Shown: piece after piece, positions 8,713 through 17,649 of the stretch | Position numbering within the stretch: position 1 is the stretch's first letter | Layout: every line of letters begins with the position of its first letter | The notes under the pieces: generated by a model | The model's database searches: none | Seen by the model: the letters and a program-made list of their open reading frames with translations, nothing else | What the model was told of the DNA's origin: nothing | Made by a program: the position numbers and the translations under genes | Virus record (IMG/VR): IMGVR_UViG_643692013_000008 | Location: 43,573-107,572 of that record | Reading direction: 5' to 3' (one strand) | Source: a virus | Lineage: Duplodnaviria > Caudoviricetes | Length of the DNA: 64,000 nt

Positions 8713-10623
8713 ATGCATAGGGTCTACAACAACTTCAGTTTCTGCGCCGGCCTCGGCGGCGGCGCCAAGGGCTTCACGAAGGCGATGTCGCGCGTCGGCG
8801 CGATGACGGCCTCGTGGCGTTGCATCGGCGGTATCGACAACGATCCCGCCGCGGCTCGCGATTTCCGGCGCTTGGTCGGTACCGACTGCACCGTGATGGA
8901 CCTGTTCACGCGCGAGCAGTACACGGCGTTCCACGGCGCGCCGCCGCCGGCCGGCTGGAAGGAAGCGACGGCCGCCGACGTGCGCGCCGCTGCCGGCCAC
9001 GAGCATCCGCACTGCGTGTTCATCTCGTCGCCGTGTAAGGGTGCCTCCGGGCTACTGTCGGAGACGCTCAGTCGAACGCCGAAGTACCAGGCGCTCAACG
9101 AGCTGACGCTGCGCTGCGTGTGGCTCATGTGCGAAGCCTGGAAAGACGATCCGGTCGAGCTGATCGTGTTCGAGAACGTGCCGCGGCTCGCGACGCGCGC
9201 CGGCCACCTGCTCAGCCAGATCGACCAACTGTTTCAGCACTACGGGTATGTCACTGCCGACACGACGCACGACTGCGGCAAGATCGCGAAGCGCGGCATG
9301 GCACAAAGCCGGAAACGCTATCTGAAAGTCGCGCGGCACGTCGCGAAGGTGCCAGCGTTCTTGTACGAGCCGGAGCAGAATCGCCTGCAGGGAGTCGGCA
9401 CGCTGCTCGGCCGCATGCCGCTGCCCGGTGATCCGGCGGCCGGCCCCATGCACCGCATCCCGTCGTTGCAGTGGAAGACCTGGGTGCGCTTGGCCTTCGT
9501 CGAGGCCGGCAGCGACTGGCGCAGCCTCAATAAGCTCGCCGTCGAGAACGGCCAGCTGCGCGACTACCTGATTGTGCCGGAGCGTCGCGGTGGCCACCTC
9601 GGGGTGGTCGACTGGAGCGAGCCGGCAGGCACCGTCGCCGGCGAGTCGCTGCCGACGAACGGCTCCTTCAGCGTCGCCGATCCGAGGTTCACCCAGAGCG
9701 CGAAGTGGAACGACGGACACGCATACGGCGTGCTCCCCTGGGACGATCACAGCGGCACGATCGCCGGCCAGCAGACCCCGGGCCAAGGCTATTACAGCGT
9801 CGCTGATCCGCGCCACGCTGGCCCGGCGAAGCACAACAACGAATTCCGCATCATCCCGTGGTCCGATGCCGCTGGCGCGGTCACCAGCGCGCACGGTACC
9901 GGCCAGTGCGTGCAGGATCCCCGCGCCGCCAGCGAGTACCACGCGAACGCGTATCGCGTCACCCCGTGGGATTCCCACTCGGGCACCGTGACGGGCGATT
10001 TCAAAGCGTCTGGTGGTGGCGGTGTCGCCGATCCACGCCCAGCGCCCGGGCCGCTGTTCAGCAAATACGCGGTGACGCACTTCGACGAGCCGGCCGGCAC
10101 AGTGATCGCGCGCAGCGACAGCGGCCAGGGCGCTTTCGCTGTCGCCGACCCGCGCCCGGGCATGCGCCGCGAACGCGGCGATGCCTACCTGACCGGCGGA
10201 CATTACGGCGTGGTCGGTTGGAGCGAGCCCAGCGGCGCCGTTTCGGCCGCCGCCGGCCACGACAACGGCCGATGGTCCGTTGCCGATCCGAGATTGCCGG
10301 CGCAGAACGAGAAGATCGTCGCCATCATCCGCGCGCTCGACGGCACCTGGCATCGCCCGTTCACGACTCTGGATCTCGCCGTCCTGCAGTCGCTCGTCGA
10401 GCCGGAGGAATACCTGCAGCTCGACGGCCTGTCCGACCAAGCCTGGCGCGAACGCATCGGCAACGCGGTGCCGCCGGATGCCGCCGAGGCAATCGGCGAG
10501 GTCATGGGCACAACGCTGCTGCTCGCCGAATCCGGCGAGACCTTTCGCCTGTCATCGACGCCGATCTGGGTCCGCGACATCGCGATCGCTCTGTCCGTCA
10601 CGCCCCTCCCCGCCAACGTCTAG
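8713..10623 (+). CDS. C5-cytosine DNA methyltransferase with six tandem TRD-like repeats
   Basis: Motifs I FCAGLGG, IV SPCKG, VI ENV, VIII QSRKR, IX RPFTTLDL, X IGNAVPP. Confidence 0.9.
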   Translation: MHRVYNNFSFCAGLGGGAKGFTKAMSRVGAMTASWRCIGGIDNDPAAARDFRRLVGTDCTVMDLFTREQYTAFHGAPPPAGWKEATAADVRAAAGHEHPHCVFISSPCKGASGLLSETLSRTPKYQALNELTLRCVWLMCEAWKDDPVELIVFENVPRLATRAGHLLSQIDQLFQHYGYVTADTTHDCGKIAKRGMAQSRKRYLKVARHVAKVPAFLYEPEQNRLQGVGTLLGRMPLPGDPAAGPMHRIPSLQWKTWVRLAFVEAGSDWRSLNKLAVENGQLRDYLIVPERRGGHLGVVDWSEPAGTVAGESLPTNGSFSVADPRFTQSAKWNDGHAYGVLPWDDHSGTIAGQQTPGQGYYSVADPRHAGPAKHNNEFRIIPWSDAAGAVTSAHGTGQCVQDPRAASEYHANAYRVTPWDSHSGTVTGDFKASGGGGVADPRPAPGPLFSKYAVTHFDEPAGTVIARSDSGQGAFAVADPRPGMRRERGDAYLTGGHYGVVGWSEPSGAVSAAAGHDNGRWSVADPRLPAQNEKIVAIIRALDGTWHRPFTTLDLAVLQSLVEPEEYLQLDGLSDQAWRERIGNAVPPDAAEAIGEVMGTTLLLAESGETFRLSSTPIWVRDIAIALSVTPLPANV

Positions 10624-10636
10624 CCAGGAGCCAACC

Positions 10637-11116
10637 ATGAGACGCGTTCTCTACGCCATCAGCAGCCGACTGCCCTGCCGGATCATCGCCGACGGCAATA
10701 AACCGTACCTCGAAAGGTACTACCTGGCGACGGTGTTCGGCGTGCGCTTCTACCTGCACCGGTTCGTCGCCAGCGACCCGGATCGAGGCCTGCACGACCA
10801 TCCGTGGCCCTGGGCCTTCTCCGTGATCCTGGCCGGCTGGTATTGGGAGGTCACACGCGGAAATTGCGCGCGCGTGCGCTGGTTCAACTTCCTGATCGGC
10901 GACAGCTTCCACCGCGTCGTGCTGCCGCTCGACCGCGGCGTAGACAACGTCTGGACGCTGTTCGCTCACCGCGCCAAGCGCTCGAAGCCCTGGGGCTTCC
11001 TCCGTGACAAAGGGCAGATCGGCACGATCTACGTCGAGCACCGACGGTCGCCCGAAGACGCGTGGTGGAAGTCGGCACCGCGCGGGCGCCACGAGCCGCG
11101 CCGCATGCCCCGCTGA
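10637..11116 (+). CDS. Cupin-fold protein
   Basis: YLHRF..LHDHPW..SVIL.G.Y.E..FHRV..WTLF. Confidence 0.7.
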   Translation: MRRVLYAISSRLPCRIIADGNKPYLERYYLATVFGVRFYLHRFVASDPDRGLHDHPWPWAFSVILAGWYWEVTRGNCARVRWFNFLIGDSFHRVVLPLDRGVDNVWTLFAHRAKRSKPWGFLRDKGQIGTIYVEHRRSPEDAWWKSAPRGRHEPRRMPR

Positions 11117-11134
11117 ACTACTGAACAGAGCCTC

Positions 11135-11204
11135 CCGCGTAGGTTTCCTCGACCGCGCGGTTACGTGAGGCGGCCAGCAACGGCGCCTCATCTTTTTCGG
11201 ATAC
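11135..11204 (+). ncRNA. Two-hairpin cis RNA element, copy 2
   Basis: CCGCG stem with CCTCG loop; TGAGGCG-G-CC-AGCAAC-GG-CGCCTCA; TTTTTCGGATAC. Confidence 0.55.
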
Positions 11205-11217
11205 CTGAGACACCATC

Positions 11218-12816
11218 ATGACCGATCCCAACACCACCACGCCCGCGACTCTCCGAGCCGATGCGCTCGATCTGCTTCGCGAGATCGCCGCGCGCAAGCG
11301 ATACGACCCGAACGTCCCGGCGCCTTGGGGCAACAACTCCGGTTGGAATACGATCATCTTGAAGAGCGAACTGCTCGCCCGTGTCGATGCGCTGCTCGAC
11401 GCGACTGCTGCCGCCCCAGCCGTCGAGCCGATCCGGCTCGTCCACGTCGCCTTGGCCGAGGATGGTGGGAATCTTCGCTGGATGACGGGACGCAAGCCGC
11501 GGGACTGCGAGCTGTACATGATGCCTGACGGCGGCCGGGCGCCGGCTGTCGTGTACGCCACTCGCTCCGCCCCGGTCGCCGAGGCCGAGCCGATCGATAA
11601 GCTTGAGCCGGCATTGATCCTCACCGGAGCGCAGTTGCTCGAAGCGCTGGATCTCGTCGCGCCGGATCGCACGGCTGACCAGTTCGAAAGCGAGGTGTCG
11701 TTCCAATACGGGAATGGCCATTCCGGCAAGGGCATGTACTGCTGGATCACCGACTATCCCGACGAAGGCGCGTCGCTGCTCGACGGCTCGACCGTCGCCG
11801 CTCAGGCTGTCGCCGCTGATGGGGATGCGTTGAAAGAAGCCGTGACGCGCACGATCGATACGATCAGACGGCAGCTTGAATTGATTTTTGAACGCGCCCC
11901 GGGAAACTTCCTCGACAAGGTGCCAGTCGTGCAGTCGTTGACCGCACACAAACATCGCTTGGAGAAGGCCCTCGCGATCACCGTGCCGCGCGCAGCAGTA
12001 TCGCCGGCCACGGCTGAGACCTCCACGGGGATGCCCGACGAGGTGCGCGAGTCGCTGATGGACAGCCAATACCTCGCGGGCGTCAAAGCGGGCTGGAATG
12101 CTGCGAACGCAGCCGATCCGAATGCGGCGCTGGAGAAGATTCACGCCAGCCGCGCCGGCTACTTGCGGCCCCTGCGTGATTGGCAGAAAGCCGGACGCCC
12201 CGGCGTTCCCGCGACGCCGGCCACGGCCGACGAGCGGGCGGCGCTGCTCCAATGGGCCACGGAGCGATGGGATGCGGAAGTGAAGCACCGGCCGCTCATC
12301 AACGTCCATCGCCGCTCCCTTGACGATACGTGGCGTCAGGTCATCCGGCATTGCGGCGGCGATGACGTGTCGCTGCTCGGGCCGCGACACGATGCCCTGC
12401 TCGCGGCAAATCCGATCAATACGACCGAGCGCGATCCCGCGTTCATCGATAACGACCTCGATTTCGAGCCGGATGCGCAGCACGCCGTCGCGGACATGGC
12501 GAACATCGGCTACGCGCTGATGCAGACGATCGAGCGCATGGTGCCGGGCTACTGCTGGAACGAATCGCCGACCGAAATCGTGAGCGACCTCCTCAACGAA
12601 CGCGACGAGGCCCGCGCATCGCAGGCCCCCGCACCGGCCGATACGCGCGACGTAGCGGCGTTCATCCGTGAAGTAGCTACGCAGAAGCCGGAGAAGCCAG
12701 ATCACTGGAGCCCGTGTGGTCAGTGCCAGCGCAATGCAGAGCGCGCTCAGGATTTGCTCGATGCCGCCTGCGCACAGAGTATCGACCTGCCGGACAGCGA
12801 AGGGGGTGAAGCGTGA
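11218..12816 (+). CDS. Mosaic multi-cassette early protein (Ea-region type)
   Basis: Short unrelated domains separated by Ala/Pro linkers shared with 21250-23160. Confidence 0.8.
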   Translation: MTDPNTTTPATLRADALDLLREIAARKRYDPNVPAPWGNNSGWNTIILKSELLARVDALLDATAAAPAVEPIRLVHVALAEDGGNLRWMTGRKPRDCELYMMPDGGRAPAVVYATRSAPVAEAEPIDKLEPALILTGAQLLEALDLVAPDRTADQFESEVSFQYGNGHSGKGMYCWITDYPDEGASLLDGSTVAAQAVAADGDALKEAVTRTIDTIRRQLELIFERAPGNFLDKVPVVQSLTAHKHRLEKALAITVPRAAVSPATAETSTGMPDEVRESLMDSQYLAGVKAGWNAANAADPNAALEKIHASRAGYLRPLRDWQKAGRPGVPATPATADERAALLQWATERWDAEVKHRPLINVHRRSLDDTWRQVIRHCGGDDVSLLGPRHDALLAANPINTTERDPAFIDNDLDFEPDAQHAVADMANIGYALMQTIERMVPGYCWNESPTEIVSDLLNERDEARASQAPAPADTRDVAAFIREVATQKPEKPDHWSPCGQCQRNAERAQDLLDAACAQSIDLPDSEGGEA

Positions 12817-13082
12817 TCCCTCCGATGACCGATCCGCTGGGGCGGCACTGGCGGCATCCGTCGCCCCAAGAAATCCTCGTTGACGACGAGCACGCCGTTA
12901 TGTCGCGCTTGACCTACGACGAGCTGCTCGAGTACTCCACCACCATCCCCGCCGGGGTCTATCCGGGAAAGATGTGGAAGGCCGTCTACGGCGACCGCGC
13001 CTTTCTCCGCTGGTTCGGCATCGTCGACGGCCGGACCGACGTGTGCTCGAACAACCAGCGCTTGATCCTGCTCTGCGACTAG
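12813..13082 (+). CDS. Phage hypothetical protein
   Basis: GTGA coupling; DPLGRHW..P...EYSTTIP.GVY.GKMWK. Confidence 0.75.
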   Translation: MIPPMTDPLGRHWRHPSPQEILVDDEHAVMSRLTYDELLEYSTTIPAGVYPGKMWKAVYGDRAFLRWFGIVDGRTDVCSNNQRLILLCD

Positions 13083-13091
13083 GAGGACCTC

Positions 13092-13484
13092 ATGAACGAC
13101 CAACTCATCGAGGCGCGCAAGTTGATCGCACACGCCAGCGAGTACGCGATCTCGGCTTTGGGAAACGACTGGCACGAGCGCGCGACCGCCCTGCTCGCCC
13201 GGCCTGCGCCCGCTATCTCGGAAAGTCCCGAGGCGCACGACGAGGCAACACCAGCCTGGATGACGTGCGAATCGCGGCGCCCGTTCGTAGTCAACAGCCT
13301 GCGCTCACGTGCTGAAGACCTGCGCGCCGCCGAGAAACGCTGCCGGAACGCTTATCGCAAGGACTTCATGGGCTCCCCGGCGTGCTATCTCGCAGATGCC
13401 TACGGCGAAGCGGCCACGGCGCTGGAGGCGCGGCTCGCCGCGATCGACTCTGTCCTCGGAGGAGGTAGCCGTGCGGACCGCTGA
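13092..13484 (+). CDS. Modular hypothetical protein with APAISES linker
   Basis: AGGAGG RBS; linker shared with 20238-20930. Confidence 0.75.
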   Translation: MNDQLIEARKLIAHASEYAISALGNDWHERATALLARPAPAISESPEAHDEATPAWMTCESRRPFVVNSLRSRAEDLRAAEKRCRNAYRKDFMGSPACYLADAYGEAATALEARLAAIDSVLGGGSRADR

Positions 13485-13581
13485 AGTAAATGCCGCGCTA
13501 CGCGCTTCCGCTCACCCGAATGGGTGCTCCCATTCGAAGTGGCCGACGCCACCGGCGCGCGACCCGGATGCTGGTCCGACG

Positions 13582-13809
13582 TTAAAAAAGGCCTTCGTCC
13601 TGCTTCTTCTGCTCTGGCACCAAGTTGATCGTAATCGCTGCGTCAGTCGCGTACTTCCCGACAAGCGTTTCAACTGCCGAGGTCGGCTGAATAGCCAACT
13701 GCGTTATCGCCGCCTGGTATTTGTGCCCTGTCAAATCGCTTATCGCCTTCGCCAGCGCTTGTTCAAGGTCTTCAATCGAAACCGACTTCAATGGATTCAC
13801 ATTGGACAT
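13582..13809 (-). CDS. Antisense accessory (moron) protein, 75 aa
   Basis: AGGAG RBS, lower GC, protein-like composition. Confidence 0.65.
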   Translation of the reverse strand: MSNVNPLKSVSIEDLEQALAKAISDLTGHKYQAAITQLAIQPTSAVETLVGKYATDAAITINLVPEQKKQDEGLF

Positions 13810-13844
13810 GAACTGCTCCTCCAGAAATTTCGGGACATCCTAAC

Positions 13845-14789
13845 ATGAGCGAGAACAGCAAAATCGAGTGGTGCGACCACACATTCAACCCGTGGATCGG
13901 TTGCACGAAGATTTCACCCGGCTGCGATAACTGCTACGCCGAGGCGATGATGGACAAGAGAATGCACAAGGTGAAGTGGGGAGCGTCAGCACTGCGCGCC
14001 CGCACGACCCCCGAGAACTGGCGGCTGCCGGTGCGGTGGAACGCGCGACACGACGAGTTCATGGCCGCTCACGGGCGCCGGCAGCGCGTCTTCTGCTCAT
14101 CGCTTGCCGATGTATTCGATAACCGCGTGCCGTCCTCCTGGCGTCGCGACCTTTTCGCGCTGATCAAGGCCACCCCGAATCTCGACTGGCTCCTTCTGAC
14201 GAAGAGAACCGGCAACGCGCGCGAAATGCTCATCGGCAGCCCGCTATCGCCCATCCCGGACAACGTCTGGCTCGGCGCGACGATCGTCAACCAGGAGGAA
14301 GCTGACCGCGATATCCCGAAGCTCCTCGCGGTGCCAGCGCGCGTGCGCTTCCTGTCGATCGAGCCGATGCTCGGGCCGATCGATCTCAACCAGGCGCTCC
14401 CGCCGTTTCATTGTGACACCTGCGACGCCGACTATGGCGCGCTGTCGGCCCACGCATCTGGAACGCCGATTGGCATCGACTGGGTGATCGCTGGCGGCGA
14501 AAGCGGCCACCGCGCGCGGCCCGCCCATCCCGACTGGTTCCGGTCGCTGCGCGACCAATGCGCCGAGGCGCACGTGGCGTTCTTCTTCAAGCAGTGGGGG
14601 CAATGGGCGCCAGGTTCGAACTGGCCTGAGGACGTCCCGATCCCAAGCGGCGAGCGAGCTTACCTTGACGGGCAGGAGACGGACGACAACGAATCGGTTT
14701 GGAGCGTCGGCAAGCGCGCTGCCGGCCGGCTGCTCGACGGCCGCACGCATGACGAATTCCCCGTGATCGAGGATACGAAATGCGCTTAG
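13845..14789 (+). CDS. DUF5131 / Gp37Gp68 family protein (radical-SAM-like three-Cys motif)
   Basis: SKIEWCDHTFNPWIGCTKISPGCDNCYA; LLTKR; GGESG; FFKQWG. Confidence 0.9.
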   Translation: MSENSKIEWCDHTFNPWIGCTKISPGCDNCYAEAMMDKRMHKVKWGASALRARTTPENWRLPVRWNARHDEFMAAHGRRQRVFCSSLADVFDNRVPSSWRRDLFALIKATPNLDWLLLTKRTGNAREMLIGSPLSPIPDNVWLGATIVNQEEADRDIPKLLAVPARVRFLSIEPMLGPIDLNQALPPFHCDTCDADYGALSAHASGTPIGIDWVIAGGESGHRARPAHPDWFRSLRDQCAEAHVAFFFKQWGQWAPGSNWPEDVPIPSGERAYLDGQETDDNESVWSVGKRAAGRLLDGRTHDEFPVIEDTKCA

Positions 14790-15361
14790 CTATTTGCGAC
14801 CACCGCCGCCTCGATTTCCAGAGTTTCGCTGGCCCCAACCAATTCCCTGGCCAGCTCTTTCAGCTTATCGCCCCAGCCAACGTGAAATTCCGCACTGGGC
14901 ATCGGGACAATTCCCGCGCATCCCGCGATGGCTGTCTGGACCCTCAGCAACGCGCCCACGGTATTAGGGGTAGGCGCCTGTTCTGGCCTAATCAGGCTCA
15001 CGATATTCATCGCGGCTCGCACGGCATTTACTTGGTCGGGATGCGGCCACTTCAAGCCATTGGTGGCAGGAAGCCGCTGAATCTGTTCATCCAACGTGAG
15101 CACGACGTCTCTGCACTGCGACACGAGGACCGCCACGCATTGGACTCGCTCATGCAGTTCATCACGACGCAGCTTCCTGTCGCGATCCGCCTGTTGGGAC
15201 GCGATCTTAGTCGCCGCGACGATGGCGCCGATCGAGCCCACCGCCTGAACCCATGCCGCCCAGTCCGAACTTTGCGCAGGTGGCCAGCGCAACACTGCCG
15301 TGACGAGTATCCCTGCTGCAAACGCCCCTATGAACATTGCCAGACCGGAGTAGCGACCCAT
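14786..15361 (-). CDS. Antisense membrane accessory protein
   Basis: Two N-terminal TM segments with WAAWVQAVGS; GGAG RBS before ATG 15361. Confidence 0.7.
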   Translation of the reverse strand: MGRYSGLAMFIGAFAAGILVTAVLRWPPAQSSDWAAWVQAVGSIGAIVAATKIASQQADRDRKLRRDELHERVQCVAVLVSQCRDVVLTLDEQIQRLPATNGLKWPHPDQVNAVRAAMNIVSLIRPEQAPTPNTVGALLRVQTAIAGCAGIVPMPSAEFHVGWGDKLKELARELVGASETLEIEAAVVANS

Positions 15362-15998
15362 GCGTGAACTCCCGATATTGTTTTCTGCGCCGATGGTACG
15401 GGCGATATCGCAGGGTCGCAAGTCGCAGACGCGCCGCCCGATGACCCCGCAACCGTATGACGACTACCGCCGGCTCGCCTGGATGTTCGCGAAGAACCGC
15501 GGAAGCTGGGGACCGCCCGGTGGTGCTCCCGATCCGGCATGGCTGGCTCGCTGCCCCTACGGCGGACCGGACGACCAGCTCTGGGTCCGCGAGACGTTCG
15601 TGGCATTCGGCCGCTGGGAGACGCGCTTCAGCGTGAAGAAAGGCCGGGACCAATGGCACTTCGTCGACATGACGCTCGACACCGGCCGGCAGTACCGCTA
15701 CGGCGGCGACTTGCCGAACGCGCAGCGTGCGGGCGCGACGCCGACCTGGTGGCGCCGGCCGGCGATCTTCATGCCACGCGCCGCCTCGCGCACGCAGCTC
15801 GAGGTGGTCCGCACCAGGATCGAACGCGTGCAGCAGATCAGCGAGGCCGATGCGATCGCGGAAGGAATGAGCACCGGCGACATCAATCCGGTGGGCTCAT
15901 ACGCCGAACTCTGGGATGGCCTCAACGCGGAGCGCGGCCTAGGTTGGAAGGCGAACCCGTGGGTGTGGGTGGTGGAATTTCGGAGGATGGAAGGATGA
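15360..15998 (+). CDS. ASCH/PUA-like phage protein
   Basis: PILFSAPMVRAI..GRKSQTRR...WVRETF...FMPR.ASR...NPWVWVVEF. Confidence 0.85.
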   Translation: MRELPILFSAPMVRAISQGRKSQTRRPMTPQPYDDYRRLAWMFAKNRGSWGPPGGAPDPAWLARCPYGGPDDQLWVRETFVAFGRWETRFSVKKGRDQWHFVDMTLDTGRQYRYGGDLPNAQRAGATPTWWRRPAIFMPRAASRTQLEVVRTRIERVQQISEADAIAEGMSTGDINPVGSYAELWDGLNAERGLGWKANPWVWVVEFRRMEG

Positions 15999-16243
15999 GC
16001 ACGGGACTGATGACGCCTGAGGACCTGGTGAAGGTCACCCACAAGAAACGATACAGCGCGCAAGCGAAGTGGTTCAAGGCGCAGTACGGCGTCGACGTGC
16101 CGCAGCGGACCGACGGCAGCATCGTGCTGACGTGGGAGACCCTCGACGCTCTCGCCGAGGCCAAGCTCGGGATTCGGGCTGTCGACCGGCGGATCGATGC
16201 GTCGCCCGATCGCCCACCGATCCACGTGCTGCGAAAAGCATGA
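15995..16243 (+). CDS. xis: Excisionase (DUF4224-like)
   Basis: LMTPEDLVKVT.KKRYSAQ..W....RTDG; directly before int. Confidence 0.75.
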   Translation: MSTGLMTPEDLVKVTHKKRYSAQAKWFKAQYGVDVPQRTDGSIVLTWETLDALAEAKLGIRAVDRRIDASPDRPPIHVLRKA

Positions 16244-17376
16244 CGCCCCGCCGCCGAAAGAGCCCAGATGGGCTCCCGAGCCGCGTCTACATTCGCGACG
16301 GGTCGTTCTATTGGGTCCGGCCGGACAGCAACAAGTGGATCCGGCTATGCCGCGTCAGCGAGGGCGACGCGCTGATGCTCGAGCGCCTGGCCGCTGAGAA
16401 GCGCCAGTTCACGGCGGCCGCCGGTGGCGGCAACCTGCCCAGGCTGGTCGGCGAATTCATGGACACGCACAAGATGCGCTACGCCCCATCCTTCCGCGAC
16501 GAGTGGGTGCGTCGCGGCGAGGCGGTAATCGAATCGCTCTGCGAGTGGAACGTCGAGCGCGTCGACGCTGGAGCCGTCGAGGACTTCCTCATGAAGAACT
16601 GGGCGGACCGGCTGCCAATGCAGCGGGCGATGAAAGCGTGGCTGTCGACGTTCTTCAACTGGATCATCCGCCGGAAGAAACTGATGCAGGTGAACCCCTG
16701 CCGCGAGGTCATCGTCAAGAAGCCGAAGGCCCGCGACGTCTACATCCCGGACCGGGATTTCGTCGCCATTCGCGATGCGCTGATGACCTACACCTACACG
16801 AAGAACGCCGGCACGCCGAAGGAGAAGACCTTGGTCGGTAAGGTACAGACGGGGCCGATGATGCAGTGCTTCATCGACCTCTGCTACCTGACCTGCCAGC
16901 GCTCGACGGACATCCGGCTGCTGCGGTGGGACCAGATCGACAGGGATGCCGGCGTTATCCACTTCGTGCCGACGAAGACGGAGGATTCGAGCGGCGAGGC
17001 CGTGGACTGGCCCCTGACGCCCGATATCGAGGCGGTGCTGGCGCGCGCGAAGCTGCTGGACCCGGCTTTCGGGCAGACCTACGTTATCCGGGACAGGAAA
17101 GGCAAACCGAAGACGGATCAGTCGTGCCGCGACGCGTGGGACGGGGCGATCGATCGCGTCGCCAAGCTCGACCCGAGCATCGCGGGTAAACCCTACACGA
17201 TCAAGGATATTCGCGCGAAGGCGCTGACGGACGCGAAGCGCGCCGGGTATGCAATCGAGGATCTGAGGGTGGCCGGGGCGCACACGGATACTGCGACGAC
17301 CGAGACCTACCTGAAGGCGCGGGAGGTACCCCGCTCCAAGGTCGTCCTGCACCTTCCGATGCCGAAATCGGCATAA
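16240..17376 (+). CDS. int: Tyrosine integrase, prophage A
   Basis: CQRSTDI, KDIR in the HxxR position, AHTD, TYL; next to att. Confidence 0.9.
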   Translation: MTPRRRKSPDGLPSRVYIRDGSFYWVRPDSNKWIRLCRVSEGDALMLERLAAEKRQFTAAAGGGNLPRLVGEFMDTHKMRYAPSFRDEWVRRGEAVIESLCEWNVERVDAGAVEDFLMKNWADRLPMQRAMKAWLSTFFNWIIRRKKLMQVNPCREVIVKKPKARDVYIPDRDFVAIRDALMTYTYTKNAGTPKEKTLVGKVQTGPMMQCFIDLCYLTCQRSTDIRLLRWDQIDRDAGVIHFVPTKTEDSSGEAVDWPLTPDIEAVLARAKLLDPAFGQTYVIRDRKGKPKTDQSCRDAWDGAIDRVAKLDPSIAGKPYTIKDIRAKALTDAKRAGYAIEDLRVAGAHTDTATTETYLKAREVPRSKVVLHLPMPKSA

Positions 17377-17387
17377 CCTGGGCGGCG

Positions 17388-17420
17388 ATATTGGAGAACC
17401 TCCAATATGGTCTCCAATAT
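17388..17420. repeat. Probable integrase arm-type sites, prophage A
   Basis: CTCCAATAT three times: inverted 17388-17397, direct 17399-17408 and 17411-17420. Confidence 0.6.
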
Positions 17421-17442
17421 GCACAAAAAATAGGCACAAACG

Positions 17443-17476
17443 AAAAACCCGCGTCAGCCTTAACTGACGCGGGTTT
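17443..17476 (-). terminator. Intrinsic terminator downstream of the tRNA 3' end
   Basis: AAACCCGCGTCAG/CTGACGCGGGTTT 13-bp stem followed by a U tract on the minus strand. Confidence 0.85.
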
Positions 17477-17481
17477 GATAC

Positions 17482-17528
<47 letters not shown>

Positions 17529-17547
17529 TGAATTGCATCACCAGCAC

Positions 17548-17641
17548 AATCAGATACTTAGGCCATTTTGTCTAACTTGATGCCTAATTCTTAATCAGCT
17601 TCTGGTGCGGCTTTGCGATGGGATTTCACCCCAAGTTAGAC
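17548..17641. promoter_or_regulatory. Prophage B att arm: IHF site plus inverted arm-type sites
   Basis: AATCAGATACTTA 17548-17560 fits WATCARNNNNTTR; GTCTAACTTG 17570-17579 / CAAGTTAGAC 17632-17641. Confidence 0.65.
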
Positions 17642-17649
17642 GACAAAAA

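Noticed and set aside
9601-10293. CRISPR-like or DGR repeat array
   Set aside because: Repeats are degenerate and protein-coding; no cas or reverse transcriptase gene in the window
9052-12705. Long antisense ORFs (462 and 505 aa) over the MTase and mosaic gene
   Set aside because: Mirror-frame artefacts with Arg/Ala/Gly-rich non-protein composition
12795-12816. Three genes ending in GGEA-stop (12816, 21250, 19169) as a functional peptide tag
   Set aside because: Explained by the next gene's G-rich RBS plus GTGA start/stop overlap
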